Assembly (NCBI GenBank): GCA_965637545.1
Contig: OZ281496.1
Location: forward strand, 3,162,001 to 3,226,000
DNA from: Phallusia mammillata
Lineage: Eukaryota
Reading direction: 5' to 3'
DNA length: 64,000 bases
This document shows positions 12,020 to 25,178 of the stretch, one piece after another. Position 1 is the stretch's first letter; each line of letters starts with the position of its first letter. The notes below the pieces were generated by a model. It worked only from the letters and a program-made list of their open reading frames with translations, was not told where the DNA came from and searched no databases. Made by a program: the position numbers and the translations under genes.

Positions 12020-12160
12020 AAGCGTCATATCGAATCAGTCGATATTCCAAGTATTCCAACATATGCGAGACAGATCTTGAAAAACAAGCCTGCAGTGGGA
12101 TTTGAACCCACGATAGGTGCCTTTACATGACTTGCGCTCTACCAACTGATCTCAATTGCT
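12020..12160 (-). mobile_element. tRNA-derived SINE fragment
   Basis: Minus strand reads agttggtagagc (A box) ... gtgggttcaaatcccac (B box/T arm) tgcaggc, then a T-run. The body matches the 24810-24890 copy. Confidence 0.75.
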
Positions 12161-12442
12161 GATTGGGTATGAATTTTTAATGGCCTGGCGTACTAAGATT
12201 TATATGTGAGTGTGCCGTGTCGCAACAAAATGTAAATAAAAATAAATGATATAGACACTCGAGTCAGTGACTGAACTCCAATCCACATTGATTCGTTTCT
12301 TTTACTGACTTGACGTAACTTAAGTCTCAGCTGTGAAAAACCCGGACTCGTTGCACTAGAAGGAAATTTCTTAACAGATAACCTGTTCAGTTGGTTTAAA
12401 CCAAACAACAACCAAACTGCATTTTTGGGCTTACAAACGATC

Positions 12443-12456
12443 TAGCGCATGCGCTA
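12443..12456. promoter_or_regulatory. NRF1-like palindrome TAGCGCATGCGCTA
   Basis: Perfect 14-bp palindrome containing GCGCATGCGC. Function inferred from the motif only. Confidence 0.35.
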
Positions 12457-14782
12457 AAAATTGAAACTTTAGAATTATGAAAAAATTCTAAGGGTTGACG
12501 CTTTTTAATGAGTGTCATTTAACCACTTACGCTTTATAATACTGTGTAGCTGCAGCGCGTTTAGCCATTATCCACCAATTCTGCCCTCCACTTTTTTGCG
12601 CCCCATAACATCTCAACGTTGCGCAGCTATTTCCGGCTTGGTGATTGTTTCTAGTGCAATTGTGTCGCTATGTTTTATTTCACCGAGCGAAATAAACTCA
12701 ACTCAACTCAACCCGTTTTAAGTTGACTCTACTTAAAGGCAGGGACACAAATGATGGATCATGTCTACTGCAATGAAGTACTGTCTGATTTATGGTAACA
12801 AAGTAGCAATAAACCAATACAAAACTGAACTTTAAAAAACTTGTCTTGAAGAACTAACTAAGACGTATTTTAAGTCTCAAACTGCTGCACAATACATGCA
12901 AACTGACAGCATAGTCCTTTTCCCTTCGGTATGATGACAGGAAGCTGGCTTATTGCAACATGTACGCACCGCTTTGTTCTGTATGTTCTGCACAGAGACG
13001 GGCTCTTAAAAGATAAATCGTATTTTTAGCACCGTACGTTGCTCCTTTGGCTGCACACCAAACGGTATAGCAGGGAGAAACATAATCAACTTAATAACTG
13101 TAGATCCGCATTTAAATAACAAATAAGAAGTTTTCACAAATGTATCTCACAAAATTTTACATAGGCTACATTAAACATTTTATGGATTGAGTTAGGGTTG
13201 AAACGGGGTGCGCTTTTCGTGTAGATTTGTGGATTGATTTTTAATAAATCAGGCCTGACTTTATAATTGGCATCATCTTTTTTTGATGTGGGTAGTAACT
13301 ATGCAATAGAGATTTATTGGGTTTTAAATTTAACAAGGCCGTGAATGGGAGATAGTTTATTTAAAAAAGAACAGCAAATACTGAAATATTATGCTTTTTT
13401 ACCGAATGTTTTGGAGGATTTAAGTACAAACGTAACATTTTTATTTAAGTAATAAAACCAAAACGGTTAGAAATGTAACGAAATAATTGAACACAGGTTC
13501 CATAATACAGTCGAACCACATGAGTTATGTATTACGCGTTAAATCCAGTTGTATAAAGCGGCATCGTTACCGCATAGGCGCCGAAACTGTATTGTTCCGG
13601 TTTATATCACCTGCGTTGTGTTACGGGGATTGCGATAGTTTGCGCCAGCAATGTCTGAGTAGGCCACAGTGTGTTCTGATGTATATGAGAAAACCTGAAG
13701 CATACGAAGCATTTTAGCTGAGATGTAGCATTATGACACTGGTATAGCTGAAACGGTTTAAACAAAGCTTTTGCAACAATTGACTCAGCAATTCAGTCAC
13801 TGACTGATTGATTCAACTGTAAGAACTGGCATTGGACAAAGTTTGCTAAATACCGATAGATGGCACAAAGAGCATTTGTAAATTGCCAAGGTAGATTGTA
13901 TGAAAACGCTGACGGTTTGGGCGATTAGAGTTGAGGTGAGGTTATATAAAAAAAAGAATAACTTGTAAACTTAGTTCTCATGTTATATTTGGCTGTTAAC
14001 TCTATCCCAGAGCCTCTGTTTTTTTAAATAATTGTGCTCTTTACGCCATCTATCGAAGTTTAGTTAACTTTTTCTTTCGTAAGTCTTTTTATTAGTAGCT
14101 CTATCCAGTATTGTTCTGTAAAGCTTACTATTAAACTTTTTTATGAGTTTTAGTACATATAGATGGTTAAAATCTTAAATGGTACACTTTATATCAGACT
14201 GTTACTCCCAACAAACTCGAGTGGCGTTACAAAAAAACAGCAGCTGCAATGACGGGACTTGTGGATTAAAACAATGGGCACTGTCTGCAGCTTGCTTCCG
14301 CGGAGTTTGAAAAAAGAACGACGGCTCACGTGAACAACGTAATACGCGTTTTAACCCAATTAGATGTAGCGGCATCGATACAGGGTAAGCGTCGCAACTG
14401 TATTGATCCGGTTTGAATCACCTGCGTTGTGTTGCGGTGCTTGCGGTGTGTACGACTGTTTATTAGACCACAGTGTGTTATAATGTCGAAAAGGAAATTG
14501 GCGCATACGAAGAGTTGCAGCTGAGAGGTAGCATTATAAGACTTGTATTGCTAAAATGATTTAGGCAAAATTGTTGCCACACTTGACTAAACAAGTTCAA
14601 ATAAAACATGTTTAAATATAGAAAAGCAAAAATATGCGTACGTAGTATATGTGCAAATATACATAGTTGTAGGTTATATTGGTAGTAGTAACTTAGTATG
14701 TTTAATGATTTATATGTATTGTATATTAGCAGGTATAGTTGATGTATCAAACAGTTGTCTTTTGTCAAACAAAACGTCCAAA

Positions 14783-17700
14783 ATGTCAATTTTGCTGGTA
14801 AAGTTTGCTCTTTTCGTGGGCCTAATGAGTTTATTGCATCGAGGTAAGTAAGTTTTGGCAACTATAGCAATAAAACATATCCATTCAAAAAACTTTGTAC
14901 TCGCGGCATATAAATTTACAAACTAAATATTGCAATTTATCAAATAAAACCATTGAACAATGTGTAAGTTTATTTCTAATGGTAAATCTCATGTTCAGTG
15001 TCGGACGGTCAGTGTCACGAAGCGGAAATAACTACAAATTCGCTAGGAGTGGTCATTTTACCTCAATGTATCACATATACCCGACGTGTCATCCACACAC
15101 TGGGGGCCACAAGAATGATTACTCATTTTGGAAGTGGCGAGCTAGCTGCAGACAACTTTTGTAAGGTAAAGTCGTATGAGTATAACCTTTGACTTCGGTA
15201 CACAAAATGCTGTTGCTGCATTTCTTTTAAAACTGTAGGGCGGACAGTTTGCACACTTTCGATCTTTCTACATCTTATTGCAAGCCTTTGATTACTTTTT
15301 TGTCGATGTTTTAACCAGAAAAAAACAACAGTTTGTATGACACACGTGCGCATATAACACTTTTATCTCAACTAGACGATTAAAGTAACGAACCAAAATC
15401 ACTTCTTTTAAAAAAATTTAACTCGATTTCTGGCTTGTTTCATATTGCCTGCTTGAAAAAAATTGTCGTAGACTTGATTTGGAGATTTGAATTGAAACAA
15501 AGTGGTTTTCGGAAAGCGTTCGAAATTTGGTTTTGAACAAAACAGGCTGATTTTAGCCTTGACTTGTTACTCGGCCACATTCTGTCGTAGTTGGTTGAAT
15601 TGGTTTAAACAGACGTGTTTTACACAATAGTTCGTTGAAACTCGGTAAGAAGTCTTAACTGAAACAAATTGTCATGAATGTGTAAATTTTAACCTTTAGC
15701 CTCACTGTGTTTAACCTAGATTTACGAGGGACCCAACGAGGAAGGTACATTGGCTGGAACGTTGGAAGGTGGAGGTTTATCTTTTCCGGTTTTTATTGAA
15801 AGCTCTACTGCTTATATATCTTGTGTCACAAACTTCACAACGGAAAGAGTAAAAATCGTTATGCACGCCGGTAAGTCAAATTTAACACGTTTTCCAAAAA
15901 AGGTTTTAGTTTGAGCAATTCTGAAACGTCAATTCGTGAACTTGGCTATCCTCTTAAGTTTATGAATTTGGAGTCAAGTGAATATGTTTATTGTGTGTTA
16001 TTTTTAGTTGCTACAGGCAAAGAGTTTCATTCTGTTAAGTCTCATCAGTGAAACGGGTGATAGAACATTAGGGGTAAGAGGTTTGCGCAGCCAGGCCAAA
16101 CAAGTCTCATGTTTTTTGAGTAACAGTTGAAATACATATGATTAAGTAACTAACTAACTGTTCAGGATTCACAGTTGTTTTTATCGGCAGTAATGTGTGC
16201 AGTTGAACTATCAAACAACTTACGCTTATTGTGCATCAGAACGAAAGCTCCTATGAAGTTAAACATTACTGTTTTCTATGTATTTTAGCTACTTTGTGCG
16301 GAGAAGATGCTACCGGCCCGGTTTATAACTTACAGTCTCCAAACTTTCCGAGTAACTATCCGGTTTTGTTCAGTTGTGTTTGGAGATTTCAATTGGAAAG
16401 CAGTGCCTCTTTGGTATTTCAATTCTCCACTTTTGTCACCGAGGATGGATTCGACTTTCTATACGTAAGTGAGTGGTTATTTGTGTTTAAATTTCTTCTG
16501 AATTTTGGTCCATGCGATGTTCTTAGAGTCCTACAGCCAGATTTGGTCGCGTTTCCCCAATATATGAAGCGCCACAGTTTCAAACCAACCGGTAAACAAC
16601 GTTAGTTCTCTCGATATGTTCCTGGTGCTTTTTTATAGGAAAATACAGTGAAAGTTTGTTCGTTTCATGGATAAGACGCAAGCGGATGTTGGCCCTGGTT
16701 CGACAAATAAAACGCTCCAATTTCCTGTTGACTCTCACATCACAGATCATCATTTTACCAACATCATTTTTGTTTTGATTATCTAACTAAACCACTCAAA
16801 GAAATCCATTTTACCGTTGCCTAAAAATCTAGATAAAAGTTCTTATTCTTTCACTCGTAGGTAGAGATTATTTTGAGTGCAATCACGTCCTGACTGTTGT
16901 TTATTTAGTATATTTTTCTCAATGGTTACTAAGCCGCTAACAAACTCTCCAGGCATTAGAAACCCAGTCAGAGCGGTTATTACACCCAAATTTCTGTGAA
17001 AAACAGTTTTATTCCATTGACCAACCCCAGACATGTTTTTACGGCGTCTTAAGTTCCCTTTTTTCTCCCGCGCCTTATGCACCCCCGATTGAAACCAGAG
17101 TTTTTACACTTGATCACTGGAGCGAAATTATTTTCAGTTTAAAGACGACCACGGAAATGTAGAAAGATTGACAGGAGATTATGGTGGAGGATTGAATCAC
17201 ACAGTTACTGCGACAAATCTTACTCTTATCTTTATCAGCGACGTTTTCGGTACTCAGCAGGGATTTAATGCGATGGTCAACCTTCCCTCAGGTTATTGCT
17301 ATGTGGTTTTAGAAAGCAAAAGACAAAAAAACAAATCGGACAATGAATGTGTTAGGTACATTTTCAAAGGTTGATACTGATGGGAAAAAATTAAACTTTC
17401 CGATTTACCCGTAAAGTAAATGAGATCATATTAAATTGATTTGCACCATATCATGTTCATTATTTGTCATTTTGTCAATTCAGTGGCATCGAGCTGTAAT
17501 TTTTTAGGTTGTGAAAAAAAGAAAACAAAATCCATTAGGTTCTTTTTGTGGGAAACTTCTTGCTTGTACAAAAATAGTTTTGAAACGCAAGTTTAGTGAA
17601 ATGTGCTTTGATCTATGCAACGCGGAAAGGCAGATAATTTAATCAATCTTGTTATTTGGTTTAAAAGGGTAACCTAACTAAAAGTAATGTAATGTTTTTT

Positions 17701-20700
17701 GTAGGAACGGAACAAACAATGAGCCTATGCCAGACTGAAGGTTTGACCATCCCGTAAGTTCTTCTTTTTTTGGATTGATGTAACATTATTAAACCTTAAG
17801 ATATCTATAACGAATAGTTTATTTAGATCAGTGGTTCTCAACCTTTTTTCCTTGCTGCACTCCTCTCAAATCGCCAACCAATTTTAGCACCCACCTGGGT
17901 TTTGTGTTTATATAAAATAGATCTAACCAACCTTAATGATTCAGCATTCCCGCACCCCCTATGAACAGTTCTTGTACCCCTTGGGGAGCGTGCACCCCTG
18001 CTTAAGAACCCCTGCTTTAGATATTTGATTTTTGGCATGGCGTTTTAGATATCGCACAAAAACTTCAATTGTACAAATAAAATATATGCTTCAAAGATAT
18101 AAAGAAGGAAGAATTGGATACTAATTTCAAAGTTTTCAACCAAATAGTTCAAAAACCAGTTACGTTACGCATTGAGCAAAACGCAAACGTATCAAGTATA
18201 CTGTCACCGCTATATAATACCTTTTACAGCCGCCGCTCTGCGCTCCAATTAATATAGGTATTTCCAGTTTGGTTTAGAGCGATCGGGTCTCTTACATCTA
18301 GCGAACTAATAACGACAAAAACGCAACGCAACTCAACGACAGCAAAAATATGACATATTTGTTAAAATGTGTTGTTCATTTAGTAGGCTGCTGCATTACG
18401 ATTGTTGTTTAGTTGCTATTCGTAGGGTAACAGCTGATGAACAGACCACATTAGACTATGAACTCGGTGACACACTTTACATCGCATTGGATAGGGAAAC
18501 TCCTCTTTCTCTACTTAATGACAACTGCAAGGTCACGGGGGCAGACCCGGTGTTTGTGTTTGACATTGGTCAGTGTGAAAGTGCCTACAAGGTAACATAC
18601 GATTATTTTATATATTGACGCTGCATAAACTGATTAACAAAGCTCAGGCAAATCATCGGTTACTATTTAAACAATGAAAAAACACAGTTAGCAAAGATGA
18701 ATGGTATTTGAATTTAACGCGCCAATAAAATAAAGAAATACCATTGTTTTGTTTAGTAAACTTTTTTTACGTTTGTAACGAGAATGATTACGTACATTTT
18801 TTGTTTTAACAGAATGAGAACGATATGGTGTCAGTGTCGTTCCTGATCTGGAGATTCCTAGCTCCGTCTACTGCCGTGATCCAACGCGACGTGCAAAACA
18901 AGCTCAATGTGACTTGTCTATTTGATGCGGACCTTCTTATCTCGTCATCCAATGTCCAACCACAATCTGGGTAAGGCGACAACAAAGGCACAAGCCATAT
19001 GTTACATGGCACACGACATCAGTTGGTAATTATTTCAATATGCAATGTTAGTTTTATCATCACTAGTACTAGCCAAACATTATGAAAAGTAACCAATAAA
19101 AACAAGAAAATGAAACTATAGTTCTAAATCCATATAGAAATATGTTTAATTATCTTCGAAATAACAATGTGCAGATCCGTTGAAATTTCGGCCGAGAATA
19201 CTGGAAACTTTGACGTCGCTCTAAATCTTTTTACAAACGAACATTTCAACGAAAGCTTGCCCGGGGAAGTCACTGTGTCCAACTACATTTTTGCTGAAGT
19301 TACACTTGAAGAAATTTCTCCAAGCAACGATGACTTCATTGTCCAGGTAAAAAGTAAAACAAACTTATTGGAGCAAAATGGATAACAAACTCACATGATA
19401 CACTTGTGTTTTTAGTTAAACAGAATTGTGTTACTTAAGTCATTGTTTTGCTTTGTATGCAACATAGTTGAGAGCTGACCCGAAATTCAAGCCCGAACCC
19501 GAATAGTTTTGAATCAGACGGTTAAGGCCAAAAAGTTTGTTTGACAGGCGTATACATCAAGCCTGTAAAAGTACAGAATATGTAATTACAATGGTTACGG
19601 TCATGCAATGTGAAGTCAGGTCCAAATTAACCTAGTTGGTAAAAAATAATATCCGAATCGACCCAAAATGTCTGGTCCGTACCCTGGTTTGTAACTTGGT
19701 TTTGTATTTTAAACATAACTCCATCTTCAAGCCTGCCTTTAAAAAAAAATTGAAACCCATCTAAAACAAACCTTATTGCGTGATTTAATATTGAACATCC
19801 AAAATATATATAAGATACCGTTCATATAAATTTGGTACACTGTTTGTGCACAGCTTGAAGAATGTTGGGTGACACGAGTTGAAAATGCCAGTGGTTTGCC
19901 GAACTACCCTGTTGTAGCAAGCGGGTAAGCAGTAGTTGTGTTTGATGTGCTCTTGCCTTTCGAAGATTTGAAAAATTGAACGGTGCATTCTATTTCAACT
20001 TGCTTTTTTTTTTCAAGGGGTCGAACCCAGGAACCTCCCGGGGATGAATCCCGATCCGTTTTTTTGTGTCTGTATGTGGGTCAGGCGCGCCAGGCCATTC
20101 GGCCAAGTTCCTGCCCTATCGTCTTTTTTTTGCCACCACACATCTGCAAATCAGCATAATATTTCAACTTGCTTACATTGATGTGAATATTATTAGATGC
20201 ATTGCTCCACCACGTGGAGGCGAGGCTGTCGATGCAAAGATGTTATTACGGAATTACAAATCCAACTTTGTCACGTTCAAGCTGATGAGCTTTGTGTGGA
20301 CAAACTTTACCGACGCAGAACAATTTATCTACATCCACTGCGACGTGACCATCTGTCAAAACTCAACTGGACGATGTCCTGGACAGGTGAGTTGAGTTTG
20401 TTTGTTGTGTTATGCTCATAATAAGTACTTCGTCCAGCTGCTTACATCATTGCAAGTAAAGTGGATTATATTTGATTTACTTATTTGTCAATAAGTTTGC
20501 TTTAATTGAAATTAACATAGAAAAAACAAGATGTTTGAGTTTTTTCAGATTACATTTAGCTGCTTTATTTATCCTTAATAATACTTATATACATCAAAAA
20601 AAATTATAAATATTATACTGATTTGCAGATGTGTGGTGGGAAAAAAAGACGATCTGTTGACAACAATGGACGCAGCCATCGAGTTTCTGCAGGGCCAGTG

Positions 20701-20778
20701 CACATCTTACAAACTACCAAGTATCTCTTGATGCAAGGTACCAACACAATAGTTAAACTCTTCTTTCCTACATGTTAA
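14783..20778 (+). CDS. CUB-CUB-ZP domain secreted protein 1 (CUZD1-like), about 554 aa, 12 exons
   Basis: Phase-consistent GT-AG exons: 14783-14843 (signal MSILLVKFALFVGLMSLLHR), 14999-15165, 15720-15870, 16289-16464 (CUB: LQSPNFPSNYP..CVWRF..FSTFVTEDGFDFLY), 17138-17291, 17705-17753, 18426-18591, 18813-18970, 19175-19346, 19854-19924, 20197-20386 (ZP-C: FKLMSFVW...IYIHCDVTIC), 20629-20778 (furin-like KKRRS). The end of the last exon is uncertain. Confidence 0.88.
17829..18014. mobile_element. hAT-type MITE
   Basis: Ends cagtggttctcaac / ttaagaacccctg; 8-bp flanks atttagat and ctttagat (7/8 match). Confidence 0.75.
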
Positions 20779-21039
20779 CTTTGTTCAGGACAACATACTG
20801 CATTTGACTGTGTTTCAACTATACTCAAATTTTGCATTTAGACCTCAATTATCAAATATTTCGCTTGTTTCTTTGTCTGAAATTACTGCGCCCTAAAGTG
20901 AATTTGTTTGTTTGTTTTATTTAATCCTCGATGGACCGGCAACGCCTGAATGCGTTAACTAACAGTCAGTCGATGGTCGAGCTGCCAGATTTGTTGCAAC
21001 TCAGTTGAATCTGTATTATTTGAGACTTATAGCGTATGA

Positions 21040-21146
21040 GATGGTAATGTAGTGCAATCCATCGGGTTTTATTGGGTTAGAGCAATTCCAATTAAGTTTC
21101 TTGCCCAGGGAAACGCAAGCAGCCGAGACAGGATTAGAACCCACGT
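21040..21146 (-). mobile_element. SINE fragment (B box followed by a ccctgggcaagaaactt core)
   Basis: Minus strand cgtgggttctaatcc...tttccctgggcaagaaactt resembles the conserved central domain common in invertebrate SINEs. Confidence 0.5.
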
Positions 21147-22728
21147 GCTATTAAACAAAAATCGGTTTTGCTTCCAACTCGACCATCTTGGCAAACTTAT
21201 GGATGGCTTGAAACAGACCTAACATTGCCTGAACCAGGAAACAAAATTTAAAGTTACTTGAAAAGAGCAAAAACTTAATACTGAATAATTATGATCGGTA
21301 GGTTCGAATCCCACCATTAACTGATTTTTTAATCTACGACCTAATTCGCACTGGAATGCTAGATTCGGTGTTAAAACTCTTGTAAGCTTGGCGTACTTCG
21401 AAGTGTATATGAGAGTGGTATTATTTTTATTCTTTCTGAAGGGCTTTTTTCAGCAACAAATGTTCTTACACGTGTATGTATATCCAAGATATATGTAACA
21501 TCACGTATATGTAACATTTTTCATTGCAGACACTCCAGGAAGCAGAGATAAAGAAGCTGACAACATCTTCCAACTTGTGATGTTTGTTTTTCTGTCTGCT
21601 GTAATTATCGGAGCTGGTTACCTCTAATGGGGTAAAATTGTCCAAGATCCAAAATCTAAACAAATTGGCCTGTAGATGAAATTTCTCAAATACTCAACAT
21701 TTTATGGTTTCTGTCTAAATAAAAACGCCTATAAAATACTATAAGGTTTTGAATTTGTCGCATAAACAACAAACTTTGCGTCGTTTTATTCTAAAATTTC
21801 ATGTTGTTAAATTTTCCAGGGGAATAAAAACTAACTATTACACAACACGCACCATTTCATATTGATTGTTGTCAGGAAAATATCTTGTTAAAGTGTTTTT
21901 GTGCTTCTATGAGTGTAGCGTAGGACAATATAATCGGATGCAATTACAACTGTTGGTGTGTTGATTATATGACTATCAAATTTACAGTCGTGTATGCTTA
22001 GGTTCAAGAAATCAGTTTAGAGCACCATCTGTATCCTATTTAAATTGTGATAGGAAGTTTTAAAAAGCTCAGAATATTGTTGGCAATTATCAGAAATTTC
22101 CTTTTTACACAATTTGACTTCCTCCCAAGGTTTGAGCTGTCATGTCGAAACGAGCTGTTTTAAAAATCAATTGCCAATTTGCACCATTTACAATTACCTC
22201 TTGATAAAACACAAATAAAAGTTAGGAAATGACATTCACAGTCAGAATGGAGTTAATTTGTAACAGTTAATGAAAAAGCATTTAAACTTCTTGTTTAATA
22301 CAGTAATAATACATATTTAAATAGATAGGATAAACTTGGTTTGCAAGTTGAGATTTATTGCATGCTGACAAAGTACGATTTCTATATTTTGTTAAAATCG
22401 AATGGAAGGGCGACGTAATACCTCCACCTAGTGTATCTGTATTTAGCTGTTGTTTTAGTTGTGTAGGATTTCTAAAACAAATCCTCAAAAGACAAACACT
22501 GTTGTTTAGAAGATGCATCAAAAAAACGTCAAATTTAACGCTTTAAATTTGTTTTTAAAATTAACGAATTTAACCAATTAAGTGAATGATCTCCTGATCA
22601 TAATATAAAATTGTAGGGCAAAAGTTACTACAGGTGTGTTGACGAGTTGTCTTGTTAAGTAAGACAACACAATTACATGTGGATTTTTCCCGAACCATTG
22701 ATTGATTTTAAAGTATGTAAATCAAGTA

Positions 22729-23007
22729 TCAGTTGTTTTGAGGCTGATTTCGTTCCGGTTGCAACTGGTTGTTTTGGTTTCGACCCTCATCGCCATCCAT
22801 TTGTGCTGGTTCTTCTGCTGGGGGTCCATTGGGATCGAAGTTGTCAAATGCAATTCGAGCTAACAAATGGAGCGTTTGCTTTGTTACATCACAAAGTGTG
22901 TTCGGACTTAACAGACAGATAATTTAAAACGAAAATTGCCTACCTGGATTTTGTGGTGGTCGATTAAAAACTGGGCGTGTTTGTTTCAATTGAACCATGC
23001 TATGAAA
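22729..23007 (-). CDS. Small Pro-rich protein family copy E (last two exons)
   Basis: Exons 23007-22944 (FHSMVQLKQTRPVFNRPPQNP) and 22859-22729 (ARIAFDNFDPNGPPAEEPAQMDGDEGRNQNNQLQPERNQPQNN*). The terminal exon is 131 nt, as in copy B. Several candidate micro-exons lie upstream at 23.1-23.6 kb. Confidence 0.7.
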
Positions 23008-24702
23008 CTAAACAAAACTTATTAAGGATTATTCTTATTTTTGTTTATTTAAGTGCAAAAAACTCCGAGTTAGTGTTTCTTGTTTTGTATTTACTTTTTG
23101 TCACTGTTTCAGATTTACTCCAATCAACATTAAATCATTCAATGTTCGGGTTGCTTTTAACAAAACCTTCGTCACAGTAAGTTTCCAAAGTTTGAAAGCA
23201 AAAGTTCAGCTACATTTTTTATCAATATTTACCTTTGGGATGGTATAACTTCCGAAGCAAATTGTTCTGTACTGAAGACAAAAGCAAGATACAAATTGGT
23301 TTTATTTCATTTTGGCTGTATTTAGCAGGCTTTACCCAAAACGCTTGCATGTTTATGGCTGTTTTTATAAAGCAACGACGTTAACGATAAAAAACTGGAG
23401 AATGCTATCATTAAATCAACGATATCTTTCTCTGTTTACTAGTTTGGTATATTTCTGTGATGCACTTACATTTAAATTTTTTGACATATTTTTTTTCAGT
23501 CTATAATACTGGAAGAAAAGAAAATTGAAAGTTTACAAATTCACCCGTTGCTCATTTGTGCTTTAAAGTACTATATAGCATAAATATTAATTATCAACTC
23601 AGTTAAATATTTGTGTTTTTACGATTTGTATCATAATTCCATTAAATCGTAATACCGTTTGTTTATAGTATTTTTTCTCGAGACTGCACGCCGTTGCTTT
23701 TATTTCATGAGTTTAGCGTGGTTAATAGTTGGGGATGTTGCAAGTAAAGCGGATAAAAAAGGCAATATCGTCTCTGGACTTGAAATTATCTCTCAACAGA
23801 CTTGCGTTTTTACCGCACAACGTAAATTTTTACTCACTTTCTTTCTCGAGTCCAACTCTATTAAACTCTATTTTACTTACCCTCCTACGTGCCGGCTTCG
23901 TCTCCTGAAAACAACACATCACGGTGTTAGGACATTCATTACAACGTTTTGTCTCTGGGAGTTTACATAGTATTTAAAAGCTATATTTTTATCAGTTAGT
24001 TTGGTTGAACATGTTACATTTAAAATACAAAAACCATACAAAAGTCAACTCTAGCTAAATATTTTTTGACAAATATTTTTCTCAATATTAAGTTTTCTGG
24101 ATTGATTTCGTTATCCACTACAAAATTGGTATGACAGAGATGTTATGAAATTGCGCAATTTCGTATTAGGATCATATAACTTATGTTCGATTTCACACCT
24201 TAATTGTTATCCATTTTACTCAAACTAAAGTGGATGATTTACTTGTTGATCAATGTAGCAATACAAACTCTGTCAAATAACGAAATTATTATATATATGG
24301 AACAGGTTTCTGTGGTGATTGTGATGGTGTATTTAGATTTATTAAATTTCTACTAAAATAGCAAATAATATTGTGCTAACAAGATGTGTATTTTAATGTT
24401 TATTTCTATTTAAGAATTGATGACAGGATCCTTTTTGAAGGTCCAGTATGTAAGGGCCTAAACCACAAACATTCTCTCCACTCTACTCTCACGTCATAAC
24501 CATCATTTTCACGAGAAGGAATTGTAGAAAGTGGTGATGGATACCCTGTTTCTTTCTTCAAATTTATTCCTATCGTTTTTTTCTCAACTAAATCAAATAA
24601 AAACAGGTCTTAACCGTATTTGTCAAAAATAATAAAAACACATTTTAACTTAACATAAAAAAACAACAACTATACTATAACTAACTATAACTAAAATGAG
24701 CT

Positions 24703-25178
24703 AAGATGAACATAAATTCATAACTGGGATCAGCCCTGAAGCGTCTATGCAGACCAGCGATCACGGCACACTCATCTATAAATCACAGTACGCAAGGCCC
24801 ATTGAAGGCGCCGTACCGAATCAACCGATCACCAAGCATCCACCACCAAAGGGAGCTAGAAAAATGTAAGACGTAGGCTAGAAAAATGTAGCCTGCGGTG
24901 GGATAGGAACCCACGACAGGAGTTTTTCCGGGACTCGCGCTGTACTAACTGAGCTACGCAGGCTCAGTGGAGAATCCGCCGAAAGTCGAATCACAAGTAC
25001 CTTTGCCTGCCTCGTATGCTGCACATGTCAGCTTCACACTAGATGATCGCCAGATTGACCAGTATCAGTGAAGATGAACATAAATTCATAACTGGGATCA
25101 GCCCTGAAGCGTCTATGCAGATCAGCTATCACGGCGCACTCACATGTAAATCACATTACGCAAGGCCTATTGAAGGCG
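24703..25178 (-). mobile_element. tRNA-derived SINE with a duplicated ~108-bp tail on both sides of the tRNA-like head
   Basis: Head 24963-24891 folds as a 73-nt cloverleaf (acceptor GCCTGCG/CGCAGGC, T arm GTGGG-TTCCTAT-CCCAC) with a degenerate D arm and anticodon arm. Direct repeats at 24703-24810 and 25071-25178. Tail homologue also at about 3690-3745. Confidence 0.75.

Noticed and set aside
11830-12411. Candidate minus-strand exons near the 12443 palindrome
   Set aside because: Splice-like signals exist but frames contain stops and cannot be joined into a supported model.
24891-24963. Functional tRNA gene
   Set aside because: Degenerate D arm (AGTTAGTACAGC), 9-nt anticodon loop and TTCCTAT T loop, embedded in a repeat family; treated as a SINE head.
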